Below are positions 27,587-39,624 of a DNA stretch of 64,000 nt, in pieces. The DNA is taken from the NCBI GenBank assembly GCA_016931695.1, contig JAFGEI010000025.1:7266-71265 (forward strand), written 5' to 3'. The translations under genes were made by a program, and so were the position numbers. Source of the DNA: Anaerolineae bacterium. GTDB lineage: Bacteria > Chloroflexota > Anaerolineae > B4-G1 > DUEL01. The first letter of the stretch is position 1. Each line of letters begins with the position of its first letter. The notes below the pieces were generated by a model that was given only the letters and a program-made list of their open reading frames with translations, had not been told where the DNA came from and ran no database searches.

Positions 27587-27922
27587 ATGCTGCAGAATGA
27601 TTGCCGCTTCATTGGGAATTTAACCCACCCGCCGCACTTTCGCCGCGTTGGACAGTCCCAACTGCCCTTTTTGCGCCTCTATGTTGCGGTCGACAACGGC
27701 CAGGATGGCCCGGCCTACGTGCGGGTTGTCGCTTACGGCGAGATCGCCTTGCTGACCCACCCCTATCTTCAGACCGGCTCCAAGGTCATGGTCCAGGCCC
27801 GCTACCGCCAGCGCAAGCGGCACGACAACGGGGAAACGGTGCACGAGTTTGTAGCCCAGCACATTGTCTTTATCGACAAGATCGACTGGGAGCGCGGCGA
27901 CGCGGCGCGGCGCCAGGCGTAG
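27587..27922 (+). CDS. Short single-stranded DNA-binding (SSB-like OB-fold) protein lacking the acidic C-terminal tail
   Basis: NDCRFIGNLTHPPHFRRVGQSQLPFLRLYVAVDNG...VRVVAYGEIA...GSKVMVQARYRQRKRHDNGETVHEFVAQHIVF is an SSB OB-fold pattern. RBS GGGAGG. It ends without the DDDIPF-type tail. Confidence 0.7.
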   Translation: MLQNDCRFIGNLTHPPHFRRVGQSQLPFLRLYVAVDNGQDGPAYVRVVAYGEIALLTHPYLQTGSKVMVQARYRQRKRHDNGETVHEFVAQHIVFIDKIDWERGDAARRQA

Positions 27923-28014
27923 CCGCCTCTTTTCTGGGCTGTCGTTCCCCTCGCCGGCGGCAGGAGAGGGGCTCTCGGCCGTTGGAGCAGTGGCAAGGCA
28001 GTTACAATGAAATG

Positions 28015-28023
28015 TGGTATAAT
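28015..28023 (+). promoter_or_regulatory. Extended -10 TGgTATAAT 10 nt upstream of secA ATG (near-leaderless)
   Basis: No SD lies between 28024 and 28033. The homology-supported start MAQGIKGLLTRFVGDSN is at 28034. Confidence 0.45.
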
Positions 28024-28033
28024 GGCGCCACGT

Positions 28034-31333
<3,300 letters not shown>

Positions 31334-31358
31334 CAGGCGAGAAAGTAGGAGGAAAGTA

Positions 31359-31724
31359 ATGAACGACGTGACGAGGCGCTTGATGACCGATATGGACCCT
31401 GATCTGCTGACGTTTCTGCACAGCAAGGTCACTTCCTTCGTCAAGTGGGACCTGATCCGCTTCTTTCACGAAAACCCGCATACCGCCGACACGGCGGAGA
31501 ACATTGCGCGTTATGCAGGCCGCAACGTCGAGATGACCGAAGCCGAGTTGGTCGAGTTGACCGAGTTGGGGGTTCTGGTGAAAAATCAACTGGGATCGAT
31601 GGTCGTTTACTCGCTGTCCAATGACCCAGGGATCAGGGATCTGATTCGGCGCTTTGCCGAGGCGTCGGACGACCGCGAATTCCGGCGCAAAGCGATCTAT
31701 CACATCATTCGTGGTATGCGTTAG
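31359..31724 (+). CDS. Hypothetical small protein with probable winged-helix segment
   Basis: ATG 31359 follows RBS GTAGGAGGAAAG. The segment TAENIARYAGRNVEMTEAELVELTELGVL looks like an HTH. It is immediately upstream of the KaiC-like ATPase. Confidence 0.55.
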   Translation: MNDVTRRLMTDMDPDLLTFLHSKVTSFVKWDLIRFFHENPHTADTAENIARYAGRNVEMTEAELVELTELGVLVKNQLGSMVVYSLSNDPGIRDLIRRFAEASDDREFRRKAIYHIIRGMR

Positions 31725-31753
31725 GATATGTGGTACGGCGAAAGGAGAGAGGA

Positions 31754-32515
31754 ATGGATCGCGTAACGACAGGCATAGCCGGTCTGGACGACATGCTGCA
31801 GGGGGGATTTGTGCCCAATACGGCGATTTTGGTCGAAGGAGCGCCAGGCACCGGCAAGACCACGTTCGGTATGCAGTTTATCCATCATGGCATCGCCCAG
31901 TGTGACGAACCGGGCATCATTTTGACCTTTGAGCAGTTTCCCCGCCAGTACTATCGGGATGCGGCAAATTTCGGCTGGGATTTTCGCCGCTGGGAGGCGG
32001 AAGGCAAATTGCGCATCATGATGACCAGCCCCGAAGTCTCCCAGGCTTTTTTCCAGGAGGCCGGGGGGCAGATTGAACAGCTGACGCGGGAGGTGGGCGC
32101 TCGCCGCATCCTCGTCGATAGCATCTCCCACTTTGAACGCCTGGCGGCAGACCCGGTCCATCTGCGGCAGCTGGTCTATAGCTTTATCAACGGCTTGAAG
32201 CGGGAGGGGCTGACGGCAGTGCTGACGCGGGAGAATGTGGCCTTGCTGGGAGAGGCGGAAGGGCAGGACGAGAGTGTGCCCTTTATCGTCGATACCTACA
32301 TCCTGCTGCGCTATGTCGAGATGGACAGCGCGATTCGCAAGGCGCTGCTGGTGCTCAAAATGCGGGGCAGCTATCACGACAAGGACATCCGCCGCTTTAC
32401 AGTAACCTCCAAGGGAATCGAGGTTCATTCCAAGTTCGAGGGGCAGGAGGGGATCTTGAGCGGCAGTCCGCGCCGCATGGCGGAATCCTTCATCGAGGCC
32501 TTTGTGCGACGGTAG
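31754..32515 (+). CDS. Single-domain KaiC/RecA-superfamily ATPase
   Basis: Walker A GAPGTGKTTFGMQF and Walker B RILVDSIS. Resembles KaiC, RadA and ArlH-type modules. RBS AAGGAGAGAGG. Confidence 0.8.
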   Translation: MDRVTTGIAGLDDMLQGGFVPNTAILVEGAPGTGKTTFGMQFIHHGIAQCDEPGIILTFEQFPRQYYRDAANFGWDFRRWEAEGKLRIMMTSPEVSQAFFQEAGGQIEQLTREVGARRILVDSISHFERLAADPVHLRQLVYSFINGLKREGLTAVLTRENVALLGEAEGQDESVPFIVDTYILLRYVEMDSAIRKALLVLKMRGSYHDKDIRRFTVTSKGIEVHSKFEGQEGILSGSPRRMAESFIEAFVRR

Positions 32516-32523
32516 AAACGCGG

Positions 32524-32814
32524 ATGGAGATTGCAGTACGTATCACGGCGCTGATTACCTGGGCGGGTATTGCTTTCCTGCTCTTTATGCTCTGGCGCAT
32601 TGCTCGTTTTTACGAGATATCGTCAGGAAAGCGGGCCTACTCTTTCTTGTTTCTGCCCCCGCTCGTGTTCATGCCGGCCGGATCGTTGTGCTATGTTCTC
32701 CTGAATGTCGATTTTGTGGGCAGCCCGCTGGCCGATCTCTTGCTGTTATTGGGTGGGGTTCTGCTGGCGGTCGCCACCTTTCTCTTGGGCCAGATTATGG
32801 TGGGAGAACGATGA
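32524..32814 (+). CDS. Small membrane protein (3 TM), paralog A
   Basis: Hydrophobic 96-aa ORF ending ...GQIMVGER. The stop overlaps the next start (ATGA). Confidence 0.5.
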   Translation: MEIAVRITALITWAGIAFLLFMLWRIARFYEISSGKRAYSFLFLPPLVFMPAGSLCYVLLNVDFVGSPLADLLLLLGGVLLAVATFLLGQIMVGER

Positions 32815-33167
32815 ACAGCTGGCAGGTGCCGATCGAGATCATCACCACGCCGCTGGGACCCGCGAGCCTGGCCGCATTGATCGCCACTCTCTTTCTGTAC
32901 GCAAATCTCAGCCGCCGGCTGGGCGCAGTGACCAAAATGGCGCCATACTACAAGTGGTTCTATGTCGGTATGGCGTTCATCACCGCTGCCTTTGGCGTTT
33001 CTGTGCTGCGAAGTGCCGCTTTTCTTTCCTGCCACAGTGAACAGAATTTCCTGACCACGCCGGCTTTTGGACTGCTCTTTTATCATATCCCCTTGCTACT
33101 GGGAACAGTGGCTAGCCTGATTGCTGCCTGGCGGTACTGGGCGTGGCTGTTAGTTGGCGAGAGATAA
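32811..33167 (+). CDS. Small membrane protein (3-4 TM), paralog B
   Basis: ATG 32811. Ends ...AWLLVGER, the same C-terminal VGER as paralog A. The TAA stop overlaps the add ATG (TAATG). Confidence 0.5.
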   Translation: MNSWQVPIEIITTPLGPASLAALIATLFLYANLSRRLGAVTKMAPYYKWFYVGMAFITAAFGVSVLRSAAFLSCHSEQNFLTTPAFGLLFYHIPLLLGTVASLIAAWRYWAWLLVGER

Positions 33168-34240
33168 TGACCCACTTGGATCAAGTTAGAGAGCAGTTAA
33201 GCGCTGGCGACCTGGCAAAAGTGCGGAGTTTTTTCCATCACATGCCCAAGATCGATCTTCACCGGCACCTGGAAGGCTCCCTTCGCTTGCAAACCCTGAC
33301 CGAGATCGCCGTGGAGCACGGGATCGACCTGCCTGCCTATGGCATCGAGGAACTTCGCCCCTACGTCCAGGTCACCGGCGACAAGTACGACTTTCACGAA
33401 TTTCTGGCCAAATTTCGCTTGCTGCGCCGCTTCTACCGCAGCCAGGAGGCGGTCGAGCGGGTGGCCTACGAAGCGGTCGCCGACGCGGCCCAGGACAACA
33501 TCCGCTACCTGGAGCTGCGCTTTAACCCGGTGGCGCTTTCCCGTGCCCAAAACTTTTCTCTGCTCCAGGTGACAGAGTGGGTCAGCCGCGCGATTGCCCA
33601 GGCGCAAAAGGATCACAGCATCACGGCGCGGCTGATTCTGCAGATCGGCCGAGAAGAGAGCCTGCGAATTGCCGAAGAGATCGTCGACATCGGCATATCT
33701 CATCAGGATGTGGGCGTGGTCGGGATCGACCTGGCGGGGGACGAGATCAACTATCCTCCGCACCGTTTCGCTGCCCTCTTTTACAAAGCCCGGCAAGAAG
33801 GGCTGGGGATCACCGTTCACGCCGGCGAGGCGGGCGGCGCGGAGAACGTCCAGGCGGCGATTCACCTGCTCCACGCACAACGCATCGGCCACGGCGTGCG
33901 GGTGGTGGAGGACTCGAATATCGTCCACTTTGTCCGCAACAACGGCGTGACCCTCGAGGTCTGTCCCACCAGCAATCTCCAGACCGGCGTGGTGCTCAGC
34001 CTCAGTCACCACCCGCTGCTCGACCTGCTGGCGCTGGGAGTGCTGGTGACCATCAACACCGACGACCCCAGCATATCCGACACGACCCTCACCGATGAGT
34101 ACATGGTCGCCTTGCTCGCCATTGGACTGGAGGTCGACCATGTCCGCACGTCGGTCAAGAATTCCATCAACGCATCCTTCTTGCCGCAGCAGGAACGGCG
34201 ACTGCTTGGGGAGCAATTCCGGGAGTGGGATTCGGAATAG
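33167..34240 (+). CDS. add: Adenosine deaminase
   Basis: IDLHRHLEGS and TINTDDP are adenosine deaminase signatures. Size about 357 aa. Confidence 0.88.
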   Translation: MTHLDQVREQLSAGDLAKVRSFFHHMPKIDLHRHLEGSLRLQTLTEIAVEHGIDLPAYGIEELRPYVQVTGDKYDFHEFLAKFRLLRRFYRSQEAVERVAYEAVADAAQDNIRYLELRFNPVALSRAQNFSLLQVTEWVSRAIAQAQKDHSITARLILQIGREESLRIAEEIVDIGISHQDVGVVGIDLAGDEINYPPHRFAALFYKARQEGLGITVHAGEAGGAENVQAAIHLLHAQRIGHGVRVVEDSNIVHFVRNNGVTLEVCPTSNLQTGVVLSLSHHPLLDLLALGVLVTINTDDPSISDTTLTDEYMVALLAIGLEVDHVRTSVKNSINASFLPQQERRLLGEQFREWDSE

Positions 34241-34279
34241 GGAGAAACCACCCCGCCTGCCAGCCAGGGAGGAGGAGAG

Positions 34280-34310
34280 GTTGGGGTCTTGCCCCAACTT
34301 TCCCTTTTCC
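34280..34310 (+). terminator. Rho-independent terminator after add
   Basis: GTTGGGG tcttg CCCCAAC followed by TTTCCCTTTTCC. Confidence 0.6.
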
Positions 34311-34380
34311 TGCCGTGGGAGGGCAGCCGGATTTGTCAGGGTGAGCGATCCGTTCCCCGCTTCCGGCGATGAGGAGAGAT

Positions 34381-36075
34381 ATGAGCCAGGTGCTTTGCGA
34401 TCAAATTGCCGCGCTGGTCCTTCAGGCCCTCGATGCGGCCCAGTCAGCGGGGGATCTGCCCCCCTTCCCCCTGCCGGACCCGGCGGTCGAGCGCGGTCGT
34501 CACGAGCAGCACGGGGATTATGCCTCGTCGGTTTGCCTCAAGCTGGCCCGCGAGGCGCGGATGAACCCGCTCGAAATTGCCCAGCGGGCGATTGCCCATC
34601 TGTCTCCTGCCCCCTTTGTCGGCCGCGCTGAAGCGGTCGCGCCGGGTTATATCAATGTCTGGTTGGACGAGGACTGGCTGACCAGCCAGGTCGAACGGAT
34701 CCTGGCCGCTGGCAGCGACTTTGGCCGGCTGGATAAGGGCGGCGGGCAGCGGGTCCAGGTCGAATTCGTCAGCGCCAATCCCACCGGCCCGTTGACCATC
34801 GGCTCTACCCGCAACGCCGTCTTGGGCGACGCCCTGGCGTCGGTTCTGGAGGCGGCGGGCTGCCAGGTGGAGCGTGAGTATTACGTGAATGACGCCGGTT
34901 CCCAGATCCGCCGCTTTGGCGAGAGCGTCCTGGCTCGCTACGCCCAGGCGCTGGGGGAGGCGGCGCCTTTTCCTGAAGATGGCTACCACGGCAGCTATGT
35001 ACTCGGCCTCGGGCGCGAGCTGGCGGAGGAGGCGGGCCGCCGCTACCTGGAAATGGAACGCGTTGCAGCAGTCCACGCCGTCGCGGCCTGGGCGATTGGG
35101 CAAATACTGATCGGGGTGCGCCGCGACCTGGCCGAACTGGGTGTCGAGTTCGACACCTGGCGCCACGAGCAATCCTTCCGCGCGGAAGGGCTGCTCGACC
35201 AGGCCCTGACCAGGCTGAGAGCGGGCGGCTATGTCGTCGAGTATGATGGCGCGACGTGGTTCCGCCACCCCGACCTGGAGAAGGACGTGGTGCTGATCCG
35301 CTCTCCCCAGGTGATCCCCGAACCGGCCGAGCGGCCAACTTACCTGGCTTCCGACGCCGCTTACCTGCTGGACAAGCTGGTGAAAAGGGGCTTTGACCGG
35401 GCGATCTATGTCTGGGGCGCCGACCACCACGGCGACGTGCCCCGGCTCAAGGCGGCGGCCCAGGCCCTGGGCCTGGACCCCGAGCGGGCGGTGCTGGTTA
35501 TCTACCAGATGGTCAACCTCTGGCAGGGCGGCGAGGAGGTGCGCATGTCCAAGCGCACCGGCGATTTTGTCACCCTGCGCGAGCTGTTGGAACAGGTCGG
35601 CCCGGACCCCATCCGCTTTATGCTCCTGTCCCGCAGCGCCGATTCGACCATCGACTTTGACCTCGACCTGGCCGTGGAGCAGTCGGACCGCAACCCGGTC
35701 TATTACGTCCAGTACGCCCACGCCCGCATCGCCAGCATCCTCCGCCACGCCCAGGAGGAGGGCTGGGCCGTGGACGCGCCGGCCGATCTGGCCCTGCTGC
35801 ACCACCCCAGCGAACTGGGTCTCGTCCGCAAGATGTTGGAGCTGCCCGAGGTGATCGACCTGGCGGCGAGCCAGCTGAGCCCGCACTACCTGCCCTTTTA
35901 CGCCCAAGAGCTGGCGGCGGTCTTTCACGCCTTTTACCGCGACTGCCGCGTCGTCTCCTCCGAGCCCGGCGACGAGGGCCTGACCCGCGCCCGCCTGCGC
36001 CTGGTCCGGGCCGCCCAGGGGGTCCTGGCCCGCGTGCTGGCGCTGATGGGGATGAGCGCGCCGGAGCGGATGTAG
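34381..36075 (+). CDS. argS: Arginine--tRNA ligase
   Basis: The class I motif region [16 protein letters not shown] and the KMSK-like RMSKRTGDF are present. RBS GAGGAGAG precedes ATG 34381. Confidence 0.93.
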   Translation: MSQVLCDQIAALVLQALDAAQSAGDLPPFPLPDPAVERGRHEQHGDYASSVCLKLAREARMNPLEIAQRAIAHLSPAPFVGRAEAVAPGYINVWLDEDWLTSQVERILAAGSDFGRLDKGGGQRVQVEFVSANPTGPLTIGSTRNAVLGDALASVLEAAGCQVEREYYVNDAGSQIRRFGESVLARYAQALGEAAPFPEDGYHGSYVLGLGRELAEEAGRRYLEMERVAAVHAVAAWAIGQILIGVRRDLAELGVEFDTWRHEQSFRAEGLLDQALTRLRAGGYVVEYDGATWFRHPDLEKDVVLIRSPQVIPEPAERPTYLASDAAYLLDKLVKRGFDRAIYVWGADHHGDVPRLKAAAQALGLDPERAVLVIYQMVNLWQGGEEVRMSKRTGDFVTLRELLEQVGPDPIRFMLLSRSADSTIDFDLDLAVEQSDRNPVYYVQYAHARIASILRHAQEEGWAVDAPADLALLHHPSELGLVRKMLELPEVIDLAASQLSPHYLPFYAQELAAVFHAFYRDCRVVSSEPGDEGLTRARLRLVRAAQGVLARVLALMGMSAPERM

Positions 36076-36196
36076 GCCTGTCTCGTACACAGGGAAAAGT
36101 CGCCTGCGCCCTCTTTGCCCTGGGTTACCTGGTCCGGAGGGGGGTTGTAACCCCCGACACACGCGCGTACATTTTCTTTCGGAGGCACATGTCGTC

Positions 36197-36757
36197 ATGG
36201 GATTGAAACCCGATCACTGGATCCGCGAAATGGCTGTCGAACAAAAGATGATCGAGCCCTTTGTCGATCACCAGGTGCGCGACGGCCTCATATCCTTTGG
36301 CCTCTCGTCGTATGGTTATGACATCCGCGTGGCCGAGGATTTCAAGATTTTCACCCCCGGTTTGGGCGACCTGACCGTCGTCGACCCCAAGCGTTTCGAC
36401 ACCCGCTCGATGGTCGATTATACCGGCGACGTCTGCGTCATCCCGCCCAACTCGTTCGCCCTGGCGCGGTCGGTAGAGTATTTTTGCGTCCCCCGCAACG
36501 TCCTCTGCATCTGCCTGGGCAAGTCGACCTATGCCCGTTGCGGCATCATCGTCAACATCACGCCTTTCGAGCCGGAATGGCAGGGCTTTGTCACGCTCGA
36601 AATCAGCAACACCACGCCGCTGCCGGCCAAGATCTATGCCGGGGAGGGCATCGCCCAGGTCCTCTTTTTCGAAGGGGACGAGGCGTGCACGGTCTCTTAC
36701 GCCGACAAAAAGGGCAAGTACCAGCACCAGCAAGCGATCGTCCTGCCGCGTCTGTGA
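36197..36757 (+). CDS. dcd: dCTP deaminase
   Basis: Collinear with the dCTP deaminase family ([30 protein letters not shown]). Confidence 0.93.
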   Translation: MGLKPDHWIREMAVEQKMIEPFVDHQVRDGLISFGLSSYGYDIRVAEDFKIFTPGLGDLTVVDPKRFDTRSMVDYTGDVCVIPPNSFALARSVEYFCVPRNVLCICLGKSTYARCGIIVNITPFEPEWQGFVTLEISNTTPLPAKIYAGEGIAQVLFFEGDEACTVSYADKKGKYQHQQAIVLPRL

Positions 36758-36803
36758 TGTCACTGGCTGCCAGTGGCGCCGGTTCAGACGGAAGAGAACT
36801 GCC

Positions 36804-37898
36804 GTGACCAAGACACCGCTCTACCAACAGATTGCCGAGGCAATTCGCCGCGATATGCTCGACGGCACACTTTGCTCTGGGGACCCGCTGCCATCTGTGC
36901 GCGAAATGGCGGCCCGTTGGAATTGCACGCCGGGGACCGTTCAGCGTGCGTACAAGGAACTGGCGAGCCAGGGGCTGCTGGTCAGCCGCCCGGGCCAGGG
37001 CACGCACGTGCTGGAGGCAATCGCCAGGCAGGAAGGGGAATCGATCCGCCGCGCCAACCTGGTCCACCAGGCCGAGTCGTTCCTGTTGGGCGTGCTGACC
37101 GCGGGATACAGCCCGGCGGAGATCGAGCAGGCGGTGCGGCTGGCCCTGGATCGCTGGCGGGTTCTCGTTCAGCAGCCGCCCAGTTCGCCGCCGCAGAGCG
37201 TGCGCTTTGTCGGCAGCCACGACCACGCCCTCTCGCTCATCGCCGCCCGTTTCGGCAGCATTGCCCCCGGCTATACCGTCGACGTCAAGTTTGCCGGCAG
37301 CCTCGGGGGGCTGATCGCCCTGGCCCGCAAAGAAGCCGACGTCGCCGGAGGGCACCTGTGGGACGAAGAGAGCGATACTTACAACGAGCCCTTTGTCCGG
37401 CGGCTGCTGCCGGGCTGCCGGGTTGCCCTGCTGACGCTGGCGCACCGCCGGCTGGGCTTGATCACCGCGCCCGGAAATCCCGCCCGGCTGGTTACGCTCG
37501 CGGACGTGGCGTGTGCGGGCCTCCGCTTCGTCAACCGCCAGCCAGGCGCCGGCACCCGGGTCTGGCTCGATGTTCACCTGCGCCGCCAGGGCGTCGCGGC
37601 AGAAGAACTGTCGGGCTATGAGCACCAGGTATCGACCCATTCCGAGGTTGCCCTGGAGATCGCTGAGGGTCGGGCTGACGTCGGGCTGGGGATCGAGGCG
37701 GCGGCCCTGGCCTATGATTTGGGGTTTGTCCCGCTGGTCATGGAGCGCTACGACCTGATGATCCCGGCCGCGGCGTGGTCGTCCCCACCCATCCGGGCGC
37801 TTTCCCACTGGCTCTCCACCGCCGAGGCCCGCTCGGCGATCGAGGAATTGGGGGGCTATGACACCTCCGCAACCGGAACAGTGGCCTGGGTCGAGTGA
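36804..37898 (+). CDS. GntR-type HTH regulator fused to a PBP-like (ModA-like) substrate-binding domain
   Basis: GTG 36804. LYQQIAEAIRRDMLDGTLCSGDPLPSVREMAARWNCTPGTVQRAYKELASQGLL is a GntR HTH. The C-terminal roughly 250 aa resemble periplasmic-binding-protein type II folds. Confidence 0.75.
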   Translation: MTKTPLYQQIAEAIRRDMLDGTLCSGDPLPSVREMAARWNCTPGTVQRAYKELASQGLLVSRPGQGTHVLEAIARQEGESIRRANLVHQAESFLLGVLTAGYSPAEIEQAVRLALDRWRVLVQQPPSSPPQSVRFVGSHDHALSLIAARFGSIAPGYTVDVKFAGSLGGLIALARKEADVAGGHLWDEESDTYNEPFVRRLLPGCRVALLTLAHRRLGLITAPGNPARLVTLADVACAGLRFVNRQPGAGTRVWLDVHLRRQGVAAEELSGYEHQVSTHSEVALEIAEGRADVGLGIEAAALAYDLGFVPLVMERYDLMIPAAAWSSPPIRALSHWLSTAEARSAIEELGGYDTSATGTVAWVE

Positions 37899-39624
37899 GG
37901 CGCGGCCAACCCTGGAGCAGTGCCTGCTCCGGGTCGAGCCTGCGCGGCTGCGCGTCATCGCCGAGCACTGGGGCGTTGCACCGCTCCCGGGCAGCAAGCC
38001 GGAGGTCGTTGCGGCGCTGTCAGAGCGCATGCTGGCGCCGGGCGCAGTCGAGCGGGCCTGGCAGGCCCTGACCCCTGACGAGCAGGCCGCCCTGGAATCG
38101 CTGCGCGCCAGTGCGGGCAGAATGGCCTGGCCGACCTTTACCCGGCGCTGGGGCCAGGTGCGCCTGATGGGGCCCGGCCGCATGGCGCGCGAGCGGCCCT
38201 GGGAGAGCCCGCTTTCTCCCACCGAGGGCCTCTGGTACCGCGGCCTGGTCTTTCGCCTGCCCCTGCAAGCCCCCACCGGCCTGTACGAAGCGGCTTTGGT
38301 CCCGGCCGAGCTCGAGGCCCGCTTCCCCATTTCAGGCTTTGTGCCGCCCTTTTACCTGCAGCCCGCCGGCAGTCCGGCGGCGGTCTGCCCGGCCAGCGAT
38401 AATTTCCTGGACGATGCCTGTACTCTTCTCTCCTACCTGCAGAACCACGCCGTCGCGCCGGGCGCCGACGGGCGGTGGCCCGCGCCGGACACTGCGCGCC
38501 TGACCCGCCGCTTGCGGGACCGTGACCCCGGCCGGCTGGCCCTTTTGCACCACCTGGCCCACCGGCTGGGGTGGCTGCGCACGGACCCGGCCGGCCACCT
38601 GCGGCCCGACCCCCAGCCGGTCGCCGCGTGGCTCCAGTCCGCCACCGCCGAACAGCGGCGAACCTTGGCCCAGGCCTGGCGGGACGATCCCAGTTGGAAT
38701 GACCTGTGGCACGTGCCCACCCTTCGGCCGGACGATACCGGTTCCTGGCACAACGACGCCCTGCTGGCGCGGCAGGCGATTCTGCGCTACCTGGCGTCGT
38801 GCCAGCCGGGCGAGTGGTACGCCGTGGCCGCTTTCGTCGCCGCCGTCAAGGAGGCCGATCCCGACTTTCAGCGGCCGGACGGGGATTATTCGAACTGGTA
38901 CATCCGCGACGCGGCGACGGGAGAGTACCATCACGGCTTTGCATCCTGGGATGCCGTAGAGGGGGCGCTGATCCGTTACCTCATCACCGGCCCGCTCTTT
39001 TGGCTGGGATTGTCGAGCCTGGGCGGCGAGCAAGAGACCAACCACTATGGAATGTCCCTCTTTTGCCTCTCGGGCGGTGGGGCGGACTTGATGCGCCATG
39101 CCGAAGCAGCGGCAGCTGAGCCGGAGCCAGCACCGCTGGTCGTCCGCCCGGACCTGACCATTTTGATCCCTGCCCCGCTGCGCTACGAACGGTTCCAGGT
39201 CAGCCGGGTGGCGGATTGGGTCCGCGTGTACGAGGATTACGTCTATCGCCTGACTGCCAGCTCGCTGGCGCGGGCCCAAGAGCAAAAAATCTCCACCGAG
39301 CGGATTGTGGCCTTTTTGCAAGAGGTCGCCGGGAAGGACGTGCCGCGCACCGTGAGCGCCGCTCTCGCTCGTTGGGCCCAGCGGGGAACCCAGGTGCGGC
39401 TGGAGCAGGGCGTGCTGCTGCGGGTGAAGAACGAAGAGGTGATGCGCCAGGTGGCCGCCCACCCGGCCACCCGCCGCTTTATCCGCGAGGTCATTGGACC
39501 GCGGGCGGCGCTCGTCACGCCGGGCGGCTGGCCCCGCCTGGCGCGGGCGCTGGTCGAACTGGGATGGGTGCCGGATTTGAGCGGCGTAGAAGAGACGCTG
39601 GACGATGATGTCGATCCGGGATAA
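37858..39624 (+). CDS. Hypothetical protein (588 aa)
   Basis: Long ORF with high coding-style codon bias. It overlaps the upstream gene by 41 nt and galK by 20 nt. The start is uncertain (next in-frame ATG is 38026). Confidence 0.55.
   Translation: MTPPQPEQWPGSSEARPTLEQCLLRVEPARLRVIAEHWGVAPLPGSKPEVVAALSERMLAPGAVERAWQALTPDEQAALESLRASAGRMAWPTFTRRWGQVRLMGPGRMARERPWESPLSPTEGLWYRGLVFRLPLQAPTGLYEAALVPAELEARFPISGFVPPFYLQPAGSPAAVCPASDNFLDDACTLLSYLQNHAVAPGADGRWPAPDTARLTRRLRDRDPGRLALLHHLAHRLGWLRTDPAGHLRPDPQPVAAWLQSATAEQRRTLAQAWRDDPSWNDLWHVPTLRPDDTGSWHNDALLARQAILRYLASCQPGEWYAVAAFVAAVKEADPDFQRPDGDYSNWYIRDAATGEYHHGFASWDAVEGALIRYLITGPLFWLGLSSLGGEQETNHYGMSLFCLSGGGADLMRHAEAAAAEPEPAPLVVRPDLTILIPAPLRYERFQVSRVADWVRVYEDYVYRLTASSLARAQEQKISTERIVAFLQEVAGKDVPRTVSAALARWAQRGTQVRLEQGVLLRVKNEEVMRQVAAHPATRRFIREVIGPRAALVTPGGWPRLARALVELGWVPDLSGVEETLDDDVDPG

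Noticed and set aside
31754-34240. RADAR-like defence system (ATPase plus adenosine deaminase)
   Set aside because: RdrA and RdrB are roughly 800-900 aa each. Here the ATPase is a 254-aa KaiC-like single domain and the deaminase is a canonical 357-aa Add with housekeeping neighbours.
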